A stretch of DNA of 64,000 nt from the NCBI RefSeq assembly GCF_009914755.1, contig NC_060938.1, one strand, 5' to 3'. Below the pieces are notes generated by a model, which saw only the letters and a list, made by a program, of their open reading frames with translations, had not been told where the DNA came from and made no database searches. Source of the stretch: the human T2T-CHM13v2.0 reference genome, Homo sapiens. Of this stretch, positions 40,703 through 55,080 are shown piece after piece. The position numbers were made by a program, and so were the translations under genes. The first letter of the stretch is position 1. Each line of letters opens with the position of its first letter.

Positions 40703-41067
40703 ACCTGGCCCCACATCCTGCTGACGCCCCTGTGACCTCCCTTAGGGTGAAGACCAGGCTCTGTCACAGGCCTCTTATGCCATGAGCGGCCTAGAGAGAA
40801 CATGGCTCTTCTCACCCTTTTCAATCAGTTGGTAACCCACACCACGGCCACATGAGGTCTGCCTACAGGGGCCAGATACATCTACTCAGAAATACAGGGG
40901 AGTTAAAGCTTGGGACACATTTTGACCAATGAAGGACAAGAGGTGGAAGGGACCCAGCATATGGAGTGCAGTGGTTCCATTTGGCCTGTCGGCAGATGTC
41001 CAGCAGGTGCAACTGAGCAACTGGCTGTTTTTACTTCTGAGGATATGACCAGCTCAATAATGTACAA

Positions 41068-41185
41068 CCTGGTGGCACACATCTATAGTCCTAGCTACTT
41101 GGGAGACTGAGGCAGGAGGATCCCTTGAGCCCAGGAGTTCAAGAACAGCCTGGGCAACATCACAAGACCCTATCTCACAAAAATG
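41068..41185 (+). mobile_element. Alu monomer fragment (FLAM/FRAM)
   Basis: ggtggcacacatctatagtcctagctacttggg...cctgggcaacat. Confidence 0.75.
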
Positions 41186-42419
41186 CACAACTTTCTATTA
41201 GCTTCCCTCCTGCCCTGCTTCACTTTTTGCCTTGTGTCTGTTGCCCTAGGATTTTATCCCTCAATAAAGTATTAGCAAGCAGCATTATTGCTTAATACTC
41301 TGTCTCCTAAGGAACAGGGACAGTTGTTGCTGTTCTGGAGGACAGCAACTGTGGTAGCAACTGAATGGAGGGACAGTTGCTACCACAAATTGTCCTAAAA
41401 AGTAGACCTTTAGGATGGAATGTTGGATTTGTCTTCTATCTACAATAGGGTCTCCACTGCTGGGCCATAGCTGGCATACAGTGATATTACAATTTCTAAA
41501 ACTTCACCTGTGGCTAATTGGAATGAGATGCAGGTAGAAAATAAGGCTTTATGAGATCAAATGGCCATTGCATTTGGGGTTAAGTGGCTTTTTCTGATGG
41601 TATTGGAGGTATTGCAAGGAGAAAATGATAGACTCAGGGAAGCTATCTACCAGCGTAAGGCATGCTTTGTAGTGAAAACTTTAAGGACGCTCCTGACATC
41701 TACAAGACATATTGCACTGAAAATTAAGCTTGGGGGCTCATTATAAGGGTGGCAGAGCTGAAAAGGAGACTAAATGTGCAGCCACATAGATGTCTTATGT
41801 CCAAGTCAGAGCTCTAATAAAGAAAGGATTGGAGCTGGTGACCTGGAATGGAAACTTTCGGGTAAACAAACCTGAAAATCTGGACCCCAATCTCCTTGAA
41901 TCCTCTGAAAGGTAGAAGCAAGAAGAACAGAACAGCTCTTCTTGGCCTGGGGATGACAATGACCTCATTGAAGCAGGAAACTTGCAAGATAGTACTTGCT
42001 TTAATGACAACAGCCTACAGTAAATACGCGAGATGCCAGAACATTTTTTTGGCACAATAAGAAGTAAAGGACCAGAAGGCTCAGAGGTGTGAATATTAGA
42101 CTCATAAGACCTGAGAATCCACCACTGGCCTATGTTCCCTGGGATGGCCCAGAGAATCTTCCCTTCATTGAAACAGAAAAAAGAAGTCCTAATGAGCCCA
42201 TCAGCACCTTTGAGAAATTCAGTGGTGGCTGTCTTCTGAAGCCTGGGTTCAATGATGGGAGATGGTGGGGAAATGGACTCTCTTGGATCAGTGGCAATCA
42301 ATGGAATGGCAAAGGCCAGGTGGCATAATGTCATGCCGGACAAAGTGGGCATAATTACCATAATGGGCAGCAAGGCCAGAGTGGCAACCAGGGTGCCTGG
42401 AGCCATAGGAATCTATGTT

Positions 42420-42713
<294 letters not shown>

Positions 42714-43961
42714 AGGAATCTATGTTAATGACTGACAGATCATGATGTAATTGGGGGGGCGGGGAGAGAAATGGGGAGCTAACAGGGGTGTTGCTTGACT
42801 TGTATAAATATATAAACTTTTAAAATAAAGAGTGTAAGAGCAGAAAGATGACACCTACTGCAATGGAAATTATCTAAGGTTGTTCATAGTCCAGAGCCTA
42901 TGATTAAAGGGGAGGCTGGATTTCTGAGGCATTAGGTCGGCCATGGACAGTGGCAACCCAGCATGTGATAGAAGTGGTATGTATAGGACGAGGCTCGAGC
43001 AGGTCTAGAAGGAACAGGAAAATTGCCTAAACAGCTGGTCCAGATTCTCATGTCACCCACCTCTGTTGAAGCTCTTCCTCAATATATATGTTTAGCCCCA
43101 AATGGGAGTTCCATATGATAGTCTGATGGAGGAGGAAAGCACCAGGGCCTCTTTTACACCCAGGTCAACGTGGTGTATTGGTGCTAGTTGGGAATAGATG
43201 ACTGCTGTGTTACCTCCCATTCAAGGGTAGGAGAGGTGGCCCAAAGTGCAGACATACACTCTCCTGTGCGGGGTAAACGACTGGGCTAATCATTTAGGGA
43301 CATGGAAAGAACAAAAATGAAAAGCCAGGGGCATGGAGGTCAAGTAAACAGTAAATGATGAATTCATGGGAGTGAGCACAAAGAGTATGGGGCTTTCTGC
43401 CTCGTGCTTGTCTCTCCAGAGAGCATCTGTTGCCAAGGAGGCTCCTACAGTCAGCCGGATGGGATGACCCAGCCCCTCTTTGGCCATCCTAGGGCTTCCC
43501 TGAGTGATGAGATGGTCTACTGAAGGCTCAGCTGTGACATCAGCTTAGAGACAAGAGCTGGTGGGGTTGGGGCACTGCTCTCCTGGATATAGTGTGAGTC
43601 AATAGATGTGTTTCTGATAGTTAGAATATACAAATCTAGGAACCAAGGAGTGGAAGTAGGATTGGCTCCTCTGTCCGACTGCCAGCAAGAAACCTGCAGA
43701 ATCTGTGCTTCTTGTTCCTGCAAACTTAGACTTAGAAGAGTCAGAGGCCCTGGCTTATAGAGAGTAAAACTTCCACTAGTGAACACAGTAAGGGTTCTAC
43801 TAAACTGGAAGCTGTGACTGTGACCTGGGTGCCTTGTGCTCCTCTTGCCAGCGGAGCAGCAGAGAAAGGAGGATTTGCTATACTGATGCACGATAGTACT
43901 TCATTACCATGAGGAGCAAGGGCTGGTGTTACATAGTGGATGCAGGGAAGAGTATGTCTTG

Positions 43962-44364
43962 TGCTCTGGATTGAAGTGTTTCCCCCAAAATGCATCATTG
44001 AAGTCCTACCCCCAACGTTAGGGGTTATTTAGAGATATTAGATATGTTTAGAGAGGGAGTCTTTAGGGGGTATTAAGGTTAAATGAGGTCATAAGCATGG
44101 TGCCCTATCCACTAGGATTGTTGTCCCTCTAAGAAGAGGAAGAGAGACCAGAGCTCTCTCCCTCTCTCTGGGTACCCAGAGGAAAAGCCATGTGAGGACA
44201 AAGCGGCTGTCCACAAGCCAGCAGGAGAATCCTTACCAGAAACTGGCCCTGCTGAACCTTGATCTAGAACGCTCAGCCTCCAGAACTGTGAGAAAATTGA
44301 TTTCTGTTGGTTAAGCCACCCAGCTTGGGGTGTTTTGTTACAGCAGCCTGAGCTGACAAATACA
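43962..44364 (+). mobile_element. MLT1A-like LTR
   Basis: ttaaggttaaatgaggtcataag...agcctccagaactgtgagaaaattgatttctgttggttaagccaccc. Confidence 0.8.
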
Positions 44365-44458
44365 TCTGGTCGTCTGGGATTTGTGGGAGATTCTCTGCTC
44401 AGAGATAGCCGTGAACAAGCAATTACAACATCCGAAGACCCTCCAGGTGAGAACCTCA

Positions 44459-44833
<375 letters not shown>

Positions 44834-47319
44834 TCAGAGTGGATAGAAGATGATGAGTGTCAATTATGGCCCTAGGACCAGCCACAGCAGTGGGACTCTA
44901 GCTTCCTTTGCTAATCTTTTTATGCCGTTTTAGGAAGTTGCAATTGATCACTTCAAAAATTGGACTTGCACCTTCACTCTCAAACTGATGGCATTTTGTT
45001 CTCAAGTTAGATCCAAATATCACAGGAGAATGGGGTGGGGGACTGTGAAAAGCACAAGGAGTGGACTGTACTGGGCCCCATCCATACATTTCCTGGGTTT
45101 ACTTGGCCTTACCTGCCTCCCCTTCTGCTCAATGGAGAGGGCAGCCAGTGCCACCACTGTCCCATCTCCTAACGCCACTGTCTTTTGCAGCCTCCCCCAG
45201 GTAAGAGCTGAGCTTCAGCCCGGCCTCCATCATGTACACCATGAAAGGGGCCATGGCAGCAGCGGGGGCCAGGCCCAGATGACTGGAGTCATGGAGAACC
45301 TGCAGAATCTGTGCTTATCCCTGCAACCTCAGATTTAGAACAGTCAGAGGTCCTGGCTTGTAGACAGTACAACTCCCACTAATGAACACAGTAAGGATTC
45401 CACTCTACTGGAAGCTATGACTCTGACCCGAGCATCACAGAATCCTGACCTAGGACCTACCACCAACTGAATACTCAGAGGATTGAGTATACTCCCCACA
45501 CCATGGGGAGGGGGTCTGGCTTGCCCAGTAGTTGTCAGTGGGGAGCAAGGACCATGACCTGAAAGTGGAGGAGGGTGTTAACTTCCTGTGGGATGAACTT
45601 TGATCAATGACAGGATCTGAAAAGATCTGGTGGATTATTTATCTCCCTTTCTCCATCCATATGGCTTACTGACATATGTCTTGTGTGACCGAACAACTGG
45701 CTGTGTTCCCTGGCAAAACTGTGGCCACTTCAGCACCGCACATGATGTGCTTTCCTTCCTTCCCTGCCTTCTTTCCTAATTTCCCCTGCTCTTTCTAACC
45801 TGGGATTGCACCCCTAAAATGTGCTGCTACATGAGCTTTGCTTCAGGCCCCCTTTTCTAGGGAACCCAGGCTTAGACAGGTTCTTAGAGGTTTCCTGGGC
45901 TCCAGAGGCTATGACCACATGCATCAGATGAAGTGGAACACCATGGCAACCAGGATATTTTATGCCCGAAACATCTGTATAACTGTGGATAATTGAAAGG
46001 GGAAGCTCCTTAAGAATCCAGATGGTTTTCCTTGGCCTCCACTTTTCCGTGAATACAGGTGGGTTCTAGGTGGGGAGAGTTTCATGCTGGTCGGGAGCAT
46101 GGACTCTTGAGTCATAGTGCTTGGTTCTCACTAACTACACAATCTTCGGGGAATTTCCTAAACTTTGAGGCCTGACTCTTTTCCCCTTTCTATTAGGGAT
46201 TAGAATAGTATTTATTAGATATAATTAGATCACAGAGTTCCTGGAAGGATTAGCTGAGATATTTCATATAAACACTTAGCCTGGCACAATATAACTGCTC
46301 ACAGAAAAAAAAAAAGTCTATCTCTAAATATTTTGAAGGATAGAGGGGCAAAGATGCCTCTCTTTTACATGAGTACTAATTGGCTTCAAGGATCTTGATG
46401 AGCAAAACACAAAGAAAGTGACTAGTAAAGGAACACTTATTATTAAACCTTAAAATTATGAAGGCTGATTTTTTTAAATGTTGCAAATAAACAGAGTTAT
46501 TTTAAAAGACATTGGTATTATCCAATTTGTTCATTTCCTGAACTTGAATTAAAGTTACTTGTCAGTGCGCGTTTTGTAGGTCAGCTGTGAATCTGTCCAG
46601 ACAGGATATCTTCCTTATTGACCAGGTGTGGGGGAGGGGGAACCCCAAGTCTCTTCTAGGATTCATCCAAGACGTCACTTGTCCTTCTGAGGTTTGTCCC
46701 TCACCTCTGTCAGTATTCTAAGAGCTGAGCAGGATTCATTACCTGGGGTTGTGTGGACAGATCTGCCTTGCCCCAAACTGTGAGTTAGTTCTTTCCCCAA
46801 GAATACTTTGGTCCAAATCTCTGAAGCTAGATATTTGGACAGGGAGGTGGGGGGCAGGGGAGTCAGAAAGAAGCCCAGATTTTTAACTTCCCTTTAAAAC
46901 CATCCGTGTCTCCTCTGTCTTGCCATCCTTCCCGAAACCCTAAAAAAAGGACCAACATTTTGAAAAAACTTATCAAGTCTGGGCTTGCTTCGTGGCCACA
47001 GCCTGGTCGTTGCCATTTTCCTACGTCAAAAGAGAATCCAGATAGATCCGATCCAAGAGAGCATTTGGTGGAACTGCTTGGCTAGCCTCTCCTTTGGTCA
47101 GAACAGTCAAGTCCAAATGCCAGCCCAGCCGGGAGAGCCAGCTCCGTCTCCTCGATTCCGCTGAGCACCAACACACGCTGGGTCACGCAGAAGCTGTGGG
47201 AGGAAGGAGATGGGTCCAGCTCCCCAAGACCTCACCTTCTAATGGAGGAAGGAGAAACAGACCTAACCCAGAAAATGCCAATAGGGCCATTTCTCTTTCT
47301 TGGTGAAACCTCCCAGAAG

Positions 47320-47535
47320 TCCCAGCCTGGGCAACATGGCGAGACCCCGTCTCTACAAAAAATAAAAATAAAAAAATTAGCCAGGTGCAGTGATGTGTGC
47401 TTGGGAGGCAAAGGCAGGAGGATAGCTTGAGCCTGGGAGTTCAAGGCTGCAGTGAGCTACAGTCATGCCTGTACTCCAGCCTGGGTGACAGAATGAGACC
47501 CTGTTTCAAAAAAATTAAATTTAATTAAAAAAAAA
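47320..47535 (+). mobile_element. Partial AluJ
   Basis: cagcctgggcaacatggcgagacccc...gtgacagaatgagaccctg. Confidence 0.85.
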
Positions 47536-48629
47536 TCTTCCTGGACGACTCCCTAACACAGCACAGGAGCACCCAACCCTGGCACTCCAACCATTGCCCC
47601 GTCTACCTTGACCTGCAGTTCCCCGCTGGCACCCTACTGTTTCCCACCTCCCTGCCCTTGCTCCCCTCCCTAGATCCCCTTCCCCTCTTGTCATCTTGGC
47701 TAATTGCCACACAGCCATCCCAGACTCCCTTCTCTGGATCCTCCCCACCCCTCCATCATGGCACCTTATCACACTAGACTCTGTTATGACACCATAACAT
47801 ATTGTTGGCAGGGAGGTGGCAGGCTGTGGTGTTAGTAGAAAGAACTCTGATTTAGATGTCACTTGAATCTGGGTCCAATCTGGGACGTTCCCTTAACCTC
47901 TCTGAGACTCAGTGTCCTTGACTGTAAAATGAGGAGGCTGATATGTGCCTTGCTGGGCTGTAGTGGGGAGTATTAGAAGTATGTCAAACTTTGAGCCCAG
48001 CAGGTTGGGGGAAATCACGTCCACTTTATCTAATTGCACTTCTGTCTCCTTTCCTAACTGTGAGAGCACTGGGGTAGGGGCTTTTTAAATTTCTCTTTGA
48101 GTTCAGACATCTGGCAGCACCCAACGTGTAATAGGAGCTCCGTAAAGAATTGTGAGCAACTGCTGAAGTGTTATTAAATGAATAAGGCCAGTGCTACCGG
48201 ACCTCTAGGGAAGGGTCCCCCTCACCTCTCCAACCCCACCTGCTCCATATCTGCTATTACTCCTCCTCTAGACTCCTTGCTATTTCTGAAACCCTCAAGC
48301 CTGAGTCTGCCTTGGGACCTCAGCCTGGGTGTTCCCTCCTCCTTGAATGCTTTTCCCCACAGATCAGCAGGGCCCTCTCCCTCCCTCTTTCAAGACTTGG
48401 CTCACAGGTCACTTTTTCAACAAGATCCACCCTGACCATTCTATTTAAAATCTCAGCCCCCACCACTGGCCCCATTCTCCTTACTTTATTTTATTTTTCT
48501 CTCTAGTACTTATTGCTTCCCAATTACATACTTAATTTTACTCATTTCCTTTGGTTATTATGAGTCTGCCCTCACTAGAATGTAAGCTCCATGAGGGCAG
48601 GGGCTTCAGGCCCCTTTGTTCATTGCCTG

Positions 48630-49075
48630 CAGAGGACGCTTTGCATTCCATGGCATATGCCCTCCCCCCACCTCGGTTTTGGTGGCAGCCATGATGGGCA
48701 GTTCCTCTGGAGTCCCCCACCCTAACCTCCTGCCGTGCCTTCTCTGCTCTTCTGCCTGAGAGCTGAGGAAACCCACTTAGCAGGCGAAAGCAGAAATGTA
48801 GGAGGCGACACCTCCAGAGTAGTCTGAACAATAGGGCAGTATTGAGGGGCAGTTCTACGCCTCACTCTACACAGTGATTTGGGGGTCCCCCAAAGGGGAC
48901 TGAGGTCCCATCACCCACAGCAGTAACTGGCTCCTTAACGCAAACTGACCTGGCCTCCCCTGCCCTGGCTTCTTCTCCCTTCTTCCTGCTTCTGGGCTCA
49001 CCTCCCAAACAAATCACCTACACCAAAGTCCTTGTCTCATGCTCTGCTATTGGGAGAACCCAAACAAAAAGGCCA
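48630..49075 (+). mobile_element. LTR16-like ERVL LTR
   Basis: ctcacctcccaaacaaatcacc...gtccttgtctcatgctctgctattgggagaaccc. Confidence 0.55.
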
Positions 49076-52000
49076 ACCACCATACTCCAGGAGCCTAGGG
49101 CAGCGCCTGACCTACGGTGACCGCCTGGTACATATTTGTTGAAGGAATGAATGGAAATAGGGTAATTTACAAAGTTCTACATTTTGTGTCTTGCCTTGTG
49201 ATTACATGTTTGAGTGGCTTTTTCATCACAGGGAGACCTTGCTGAACTCTGTGTCTTTTTGTTTACAATAGGATTTTCACGGAATGGCCTCTGCCTGGAA
49301 ACCTGTCTGGCTCTGAGCTTTGTAGATATTTCAGGGAATGAGGGTTTTGCCATTTACTTTAGTCAGAAATGTCAGAAGCTTCCAGGAGCTTGAAGATCTG
49401 CTGCTCACACCAGCACTGAGCAGCCCAGCACACAGATTTTCTTTGTAACTTTTCCAGGAGCACGCCTTTCTCAGCGCCTGATGTAGAAGGATTCACTTAG
49501 CCGGACAGTCCCTGATTTATGGTTGCAATAACTTTGCTTATTTAGGCACTCAACAAACATGGAGAGAATGCAGATTCTGTGCCAGGCTGTGGGTACTGGG
49601 GATCAGAATTGCCTGAAACAGGGGCCCTGCCCATTCTTCACTAGCTCCAGTCCAGTGGGGAAGACAGAGAAGGAAAGAGCTGCTTATAATATGTATGGTG
49701 TGGGACAGAAGTGAGCACAGGCAGCAAGCACACCGGAAGAGCCCGATGCTTTCAGTGTCCTGGTGCGATTGTACTTCCTGCTTGAAGTTGACCAAACTTC
49801 AAGCAGGAGTAGGGAGGCTGATGTTGACCAAAGTTCAGCAGGAGTAGGGAGGCTGATGATTTAACACATTTTGCAGTTGTCACCTCCTGCCTTTGCATGT
49901 GCAGTTTCCTCTGTCTGGAAGACTTTGCCATCTGCCTTCTTGGCAAAGTCCTAGTCATCCTTCAAATCCAGCTCACATCACTCTGCCCAGGAAGCACCCC
50001 CTCCCCTAGCCCAACCCCACACCAAGCCAACCCCATCTCCTCTGCTCTGTGAGCAGTCTGTGTCTAGGCACTCGTACAGCTGCCTTTTTCAGCCTCCTGT
50101 GTGATTATGAAATCAGTGAGGAATTGGGAGGCTGATGATCTAAGAGAAAAATATGTTGACTCTGGCGTCAAACAGAGCTGGGTCTGAGTTACTCCTAGTA
50201 CTGTTATTTCCTGGCTGTGTTCTTGGACACACCTGGAGGACAGAGCAGGAACATACAAGAGATGAGGCTGCAGGAGGGGAAGACTCCACCATAGTGGGCC
50301 TTGTGAGCCATCCTCAGAAGACATTTGGAATGATTCTGGGGGCAGAGGAGAGGCACCGAGCAGGTTGAAGCAAGAGAGTGGCATTGAGTATTTGTGTAAA
50401 GACCATGCTCGCAGTGTTGGGGAGGAGGGGTAGGGTGAAGCGGGTGTGATAGATAGAAGGCAGATGCGCTGAGTGCTGGCTGAGAGACTGGACTTGGAGT
50501 CACATGGTCTAGGTTTGAATGACAGCTTCTGTCTAGGCATATGATCTTGGGCAATCCACTTAAATCCCCTGGACCTCAGTTTCTCCATTTGTAAGATGGG
50601 AATAATAATGTTACTTGCTTTGCCTAGGAAGATCACAAGAGAACATAAATAGGAATGGGTTTTGTAAACTTTAAAATACCATGTAAATACCAGACATGAT
50701 CCATAATGCCTAGAGGCTTAAACATGGTAGAAGTTTATTTCTCTCTCCGGTAAAAGGAAGTCTGGGGCTGGTGGGGTGCTTCATAGAACAGGGGTCAGGC
50801 TTTTTCTAGCTTGTCGATCTGCCATCCTCACCACATAGGGGTCTTTATACCTCATGGTCCAACATAGCTGCTCAAACTCCAGCCATCATATCCTCATGCC
50901 AGCTGGCAGAAAAAAGGAACAGAGAAAGGAAGGTCGATTCCTTCCTTTAAGAGCACTTTCTGCAAGTCTGAAATGACACTTTTGCTCACATCCTATTGGC
51001 CTGTGCACAGTTACACGACGACACCAAGCTACAAGGGAGGCTGTGAAACACATTTCCTATTCAGGGCAACCATGTGTCCAGCTTAAAATCAGAGGTCCCA
51101 TTCCTAATGAATTACAGAGATGGATGCTGGGGACAACCAGACACCTAGCAATTTCTGTTGCATCTTTTAATGATTTGCACTGTGGAGCTTCAGTCATACT
51201 CCAAACAGAGACACTTGCCTCCTTACGGGGAGTTTTAAAAGGCCCATCCTGTTGACAAAATCATGATGAGCAAAGACAGAGAGCAGCCTAGTGGAGCTTA
51301 GGTCAAAGAGGCAGGGGGCTGAGGGCCCCACAGCAGCAGCTGGCCATGGTGGATCACTGGGAGAGAAGCAAAGGCTTTATACCAGCCTTCTGATGAGGAC
51401 ACTGAGCTCTGAGAGACAGGGGAAGAAACCCCTAATCAAGAAGCAGCCATCCCATGCAGACGGTGTGGGACCAGAAGACTCAGGACACACAAGGATGTCT
51501 CCCTGGAAGACCAGAGCCTTTCTCTCAGCCTCTCTGCAGATCCTTTGTGGATGGAACAGAAGGCTGGGACCAGACACCCCTAGACCTCCCCTGAACCCAT
51601 GGTCCGTACCTGAGCATAGAGAATGTTTTTAAAGAGCCCCAGAGTAAATAATTCCATCTATGTATGTTTATTTCCAGGTTCTTAGAATGCATAGGTCCTA
51701 CCAGGAGATAGAATTAAGATGCTGATACCTAGAGTAAGTAAATCAGCTGATCATAATGACTAATATTTATTGGCTGTTTACTAAGCGCCACGCTCTGTTC
51801 TAAAGATATAACACTATTAACTCCTTAAATCTTCATGGCAACCTTAGAAGGAAACTGTGATGATTGCCACCATTTTATAGATGAGGAAACAGGCCAAGGG
51901 AGGTGAGGCGGCGTGGCAGGCCCCGTGTTTGCCCCCTTGCTGCATCCACCCTTTGCCATGTGACTTGGCACTGCCCCTTCCTGTGCCTCGATTCTGGGCC

Positions 52001-52526
52001 CCTGGGCCCTGTGTTGGACCAATGGCATGTTGGTAGGTGTGATGCACACAGAGCTGGAGAGTGCTTGGGAGCTGGGTTTGCTTGTTTTTGCTTCTCTGTT
52101 CACGGCCATGTGAAGAATGTGCCCCAGCCAGCCTGCCAGAGGTGAAAGACACATAGAACGGGGTCGAGTTGCTCAGGTCATCCCAGCTGAGGCCACCCTA
52201 GCTCGGCCATGCACCAGCAGAACCTCAGACCTGTGGGCGAACCCAGCCAAGATCAGCAAAGCTGCTGAACCCACCCGCAACACCCTGCAGGTGCATGAGC
52301 AAGCACACCTGGACCAACAGAGCCTGCCTAGACCAAAGGGATCCCACCGACTTGTGAGCTAAGTAAATACGTCTCTTCATACACCACTGCAGTTTTGCAG
52401 CATGGTTGAAGCAGTAGATCACAGATGCAAGAGATGACATAACCTTCCAGCTAATCGTTGGTGTTCCATGATCTCAACCCAGGCAGTCTGACTGCAGAAC
52501 CCACACTGTTAGACACTATTCTATGT

Positions 52527-52893
52527 TAGGAGTTGGCGACCTATGACCTGCAGGCCAAATCTAGCTTACCACCAGTTTTTATAGCCCATATCTAAGAAGG
52601 GTTATGACAGATGAATATTCTTTTGTTTGATGATGGAGAACATTATCTTTAAACCACAATTAGGCAAAATGCTATCCCATAAAAAAGAATTCCATTTTTC
52701 TCATTAGTAGACCTATATAATAAAATATTGTACTTAGTTATTATGTTTTAAATTTCATCAATAATAATTTATGGAAATTTGTTCTGTCTTGTTATGTAAG
52801 TGTCTGCATAATATCCTTGATTCTGCCTCTTGGCCTGCACAGCCTAAAATACTTACTATCTGGTCCTCTGCAGAACAAGTATGCTGACTCCTG
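52527..52893 (+). mobile_element. MER58-family (Cheshire-derived) element
   Basis: aggagttggcgacctatgacctgcaggccaaatc...cagcctaaaatacttactatctggtc...tgctgactcctg. Confidence 0.7.
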
Positions 52894-53656
52894 CTCTTTT
52901 TGATGGGATATTTCATCTTTGAATTTTGTTCTCAAGCCAAGAAATGGAAGGAATCAGACTGTTAAGAGCTGGAAAGGCCCTCGGAGGTCTTCTAAACCAA
53001 ACTCAGAAGCAGAATTTGACCCCAGACCATTGGTCCCTTGGCCTCCAGCTCTTCTGTTGCTCTCTAGAGAGTCTGATAACAGCTGGATCTGTCTAAAGGC
53101 CTCCACATCTTCAACTGGAGGGTTCTTGGATCCAAAGGTCTCCTCCCCTAGTCTCCCTTCCAAGAGCTCTCACTCATGTGAGCGTGGATGATTCACCATG
53201 TCTTACTCCAGCTCTGCCCCAAGCCATCTCACATGAATCTGTGCCGTGTGCCTCTGTGATAATTAAAAAATCTGAGCGTTTAAGACGATTTGTATTGGAG
53301 ACGATGGAGAAATTCTCTCCTGAAGAGTTTCACAATCTGGCCTCATTAGAAAGGAGAAATGGAATGGGAGAATTAAAGAGAAAACTCATCTCTTCCCTGA
53401 GTGTGTTAATGAGCTGAGCCACAGGAGGCCATGTGTAAGTCGGGCTGCAGGCCGCTGTAAATTAAATTTATTACGTGCCAAGGGATTCTAATAAACATTA
53501 CTTAAAAATAGCAATAGACAGTCATTTGTATTATGTCATGTGACCTGGTTATGGCGACACTTTTGTGCCTCTGCTATTAATCAGAGTTAGTTTGAGAGGC
53601 CGTCGGTAAATTCTTCTAGAGCTACTGGCACCTTCCACTTAATTAAGATTGCTCTG

Positions 53657-54013
<357 letters not shown>

Positions 54014-54712
54014 CTAGAGCCCCTCCTTGCTCATTAAGTGATGTTTATTAGACTTTCCAAGGGGGAAAAACCTAAAAGAAAAGTGTCACTTTGTTTAATA
54101 AAATCTCAGACCCTGGAAGGTGAGCATTGGAGGGCAATTTCTTAACGGGGAAGTTATCTCTGAGCGCCTTCTGGGAGAAAGTGGCGTTAATCACTGCTGG
54201 CCCCACTCCAGCCTCACGGGGGCGCTGCTTGCTCCATACGCCTGTGGCCCCAGGATGGACTAAGGTGCTTTCTCTTAGACCCTGTTAACATAGAATGGAA
54301 TCTCGTTTACAGTGCTCAGAATTAGCTTTGGCAACTACCACATCTGAGCGTGTCATTCCCTCATTTAAACTCTCCTGGTTTGTTGCAGTCTGTGATCTAA
54401 CCCCTGCCCGCTCTTACAGCTGTGTTCCCACTCCCCAACTGTCCACATGCACCCCTGACCCACCATAGAAGGAGATGCATTCTTCTTGGTGAGACCTTGG
54501 GATTTGGAATCAGACCTAAGTTTGAATCTTCGTCCTGTCATTTGTTAGCTGGGCAACCACAGGCAAATAATTGAACCTCTCACCTCCATTTTTTTATCTG
54601 CAGAATGGGGTTAGTTATCTCTGCCCCAAAATGTTGCTATGAGGATTATATGAAATGATCCATGTGAGGTCTGGGCACTTGGAAAAATTCTTCAGAAATG
54701 TTATTTATTTTT

Positions 54713-54837
54713 ATTTTTTAGAGACAGGGTCTCACTATGTTGCCTAGGCTGCTCTGGAACTCTTGGGCCCAAGGGATCCTCCTGTCTTGGCCTCCCAAAG
54801 TACTGGGATCACAGGCATGGACCACTGCACCTGGCCT
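54713..54837 (-). mobile_element. FLAM
   Basis: TSD agaaatgtta. Confidence 0.85.
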
Positions 54838-54900
54838 AGAAATGTTAAAAAAAGCAAAAAATCACAAACAAACAAACAAAGAAACACCAAATCCAGAAAG

Positions 54901-55080
54901 TTAGCTGGACATGGTGGTGTGCACTTGTAATCTCAACTACTCGGGAGGCCGAGATGGGAAGATCAGGGCTGCAGTGAGCCTGGATTGTGCCACTGCACTC
55001 CAGCCTGGGAAACAGTGAAACCCTGTCTCCACAAAAAAAAAAAAAAGAAAAAAAAAAGGAAAAAGAAAACAACAACAAAA
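54901..55080 (+). mobile_element. Alu right monomer (FRAM/AluJ)
   Basis: ttagctggacatggtggtgtgcac... with an A-rich tail. Confidence 0.8.

Noticed and set aside
41795-42406. 203-aa minus-strand ORF
   Set aside because: Antisense to decayed ERVL gag-like sequence, with no coding hallmarks. The sense retroviral frames are broken, so this is not a domesticated gene.
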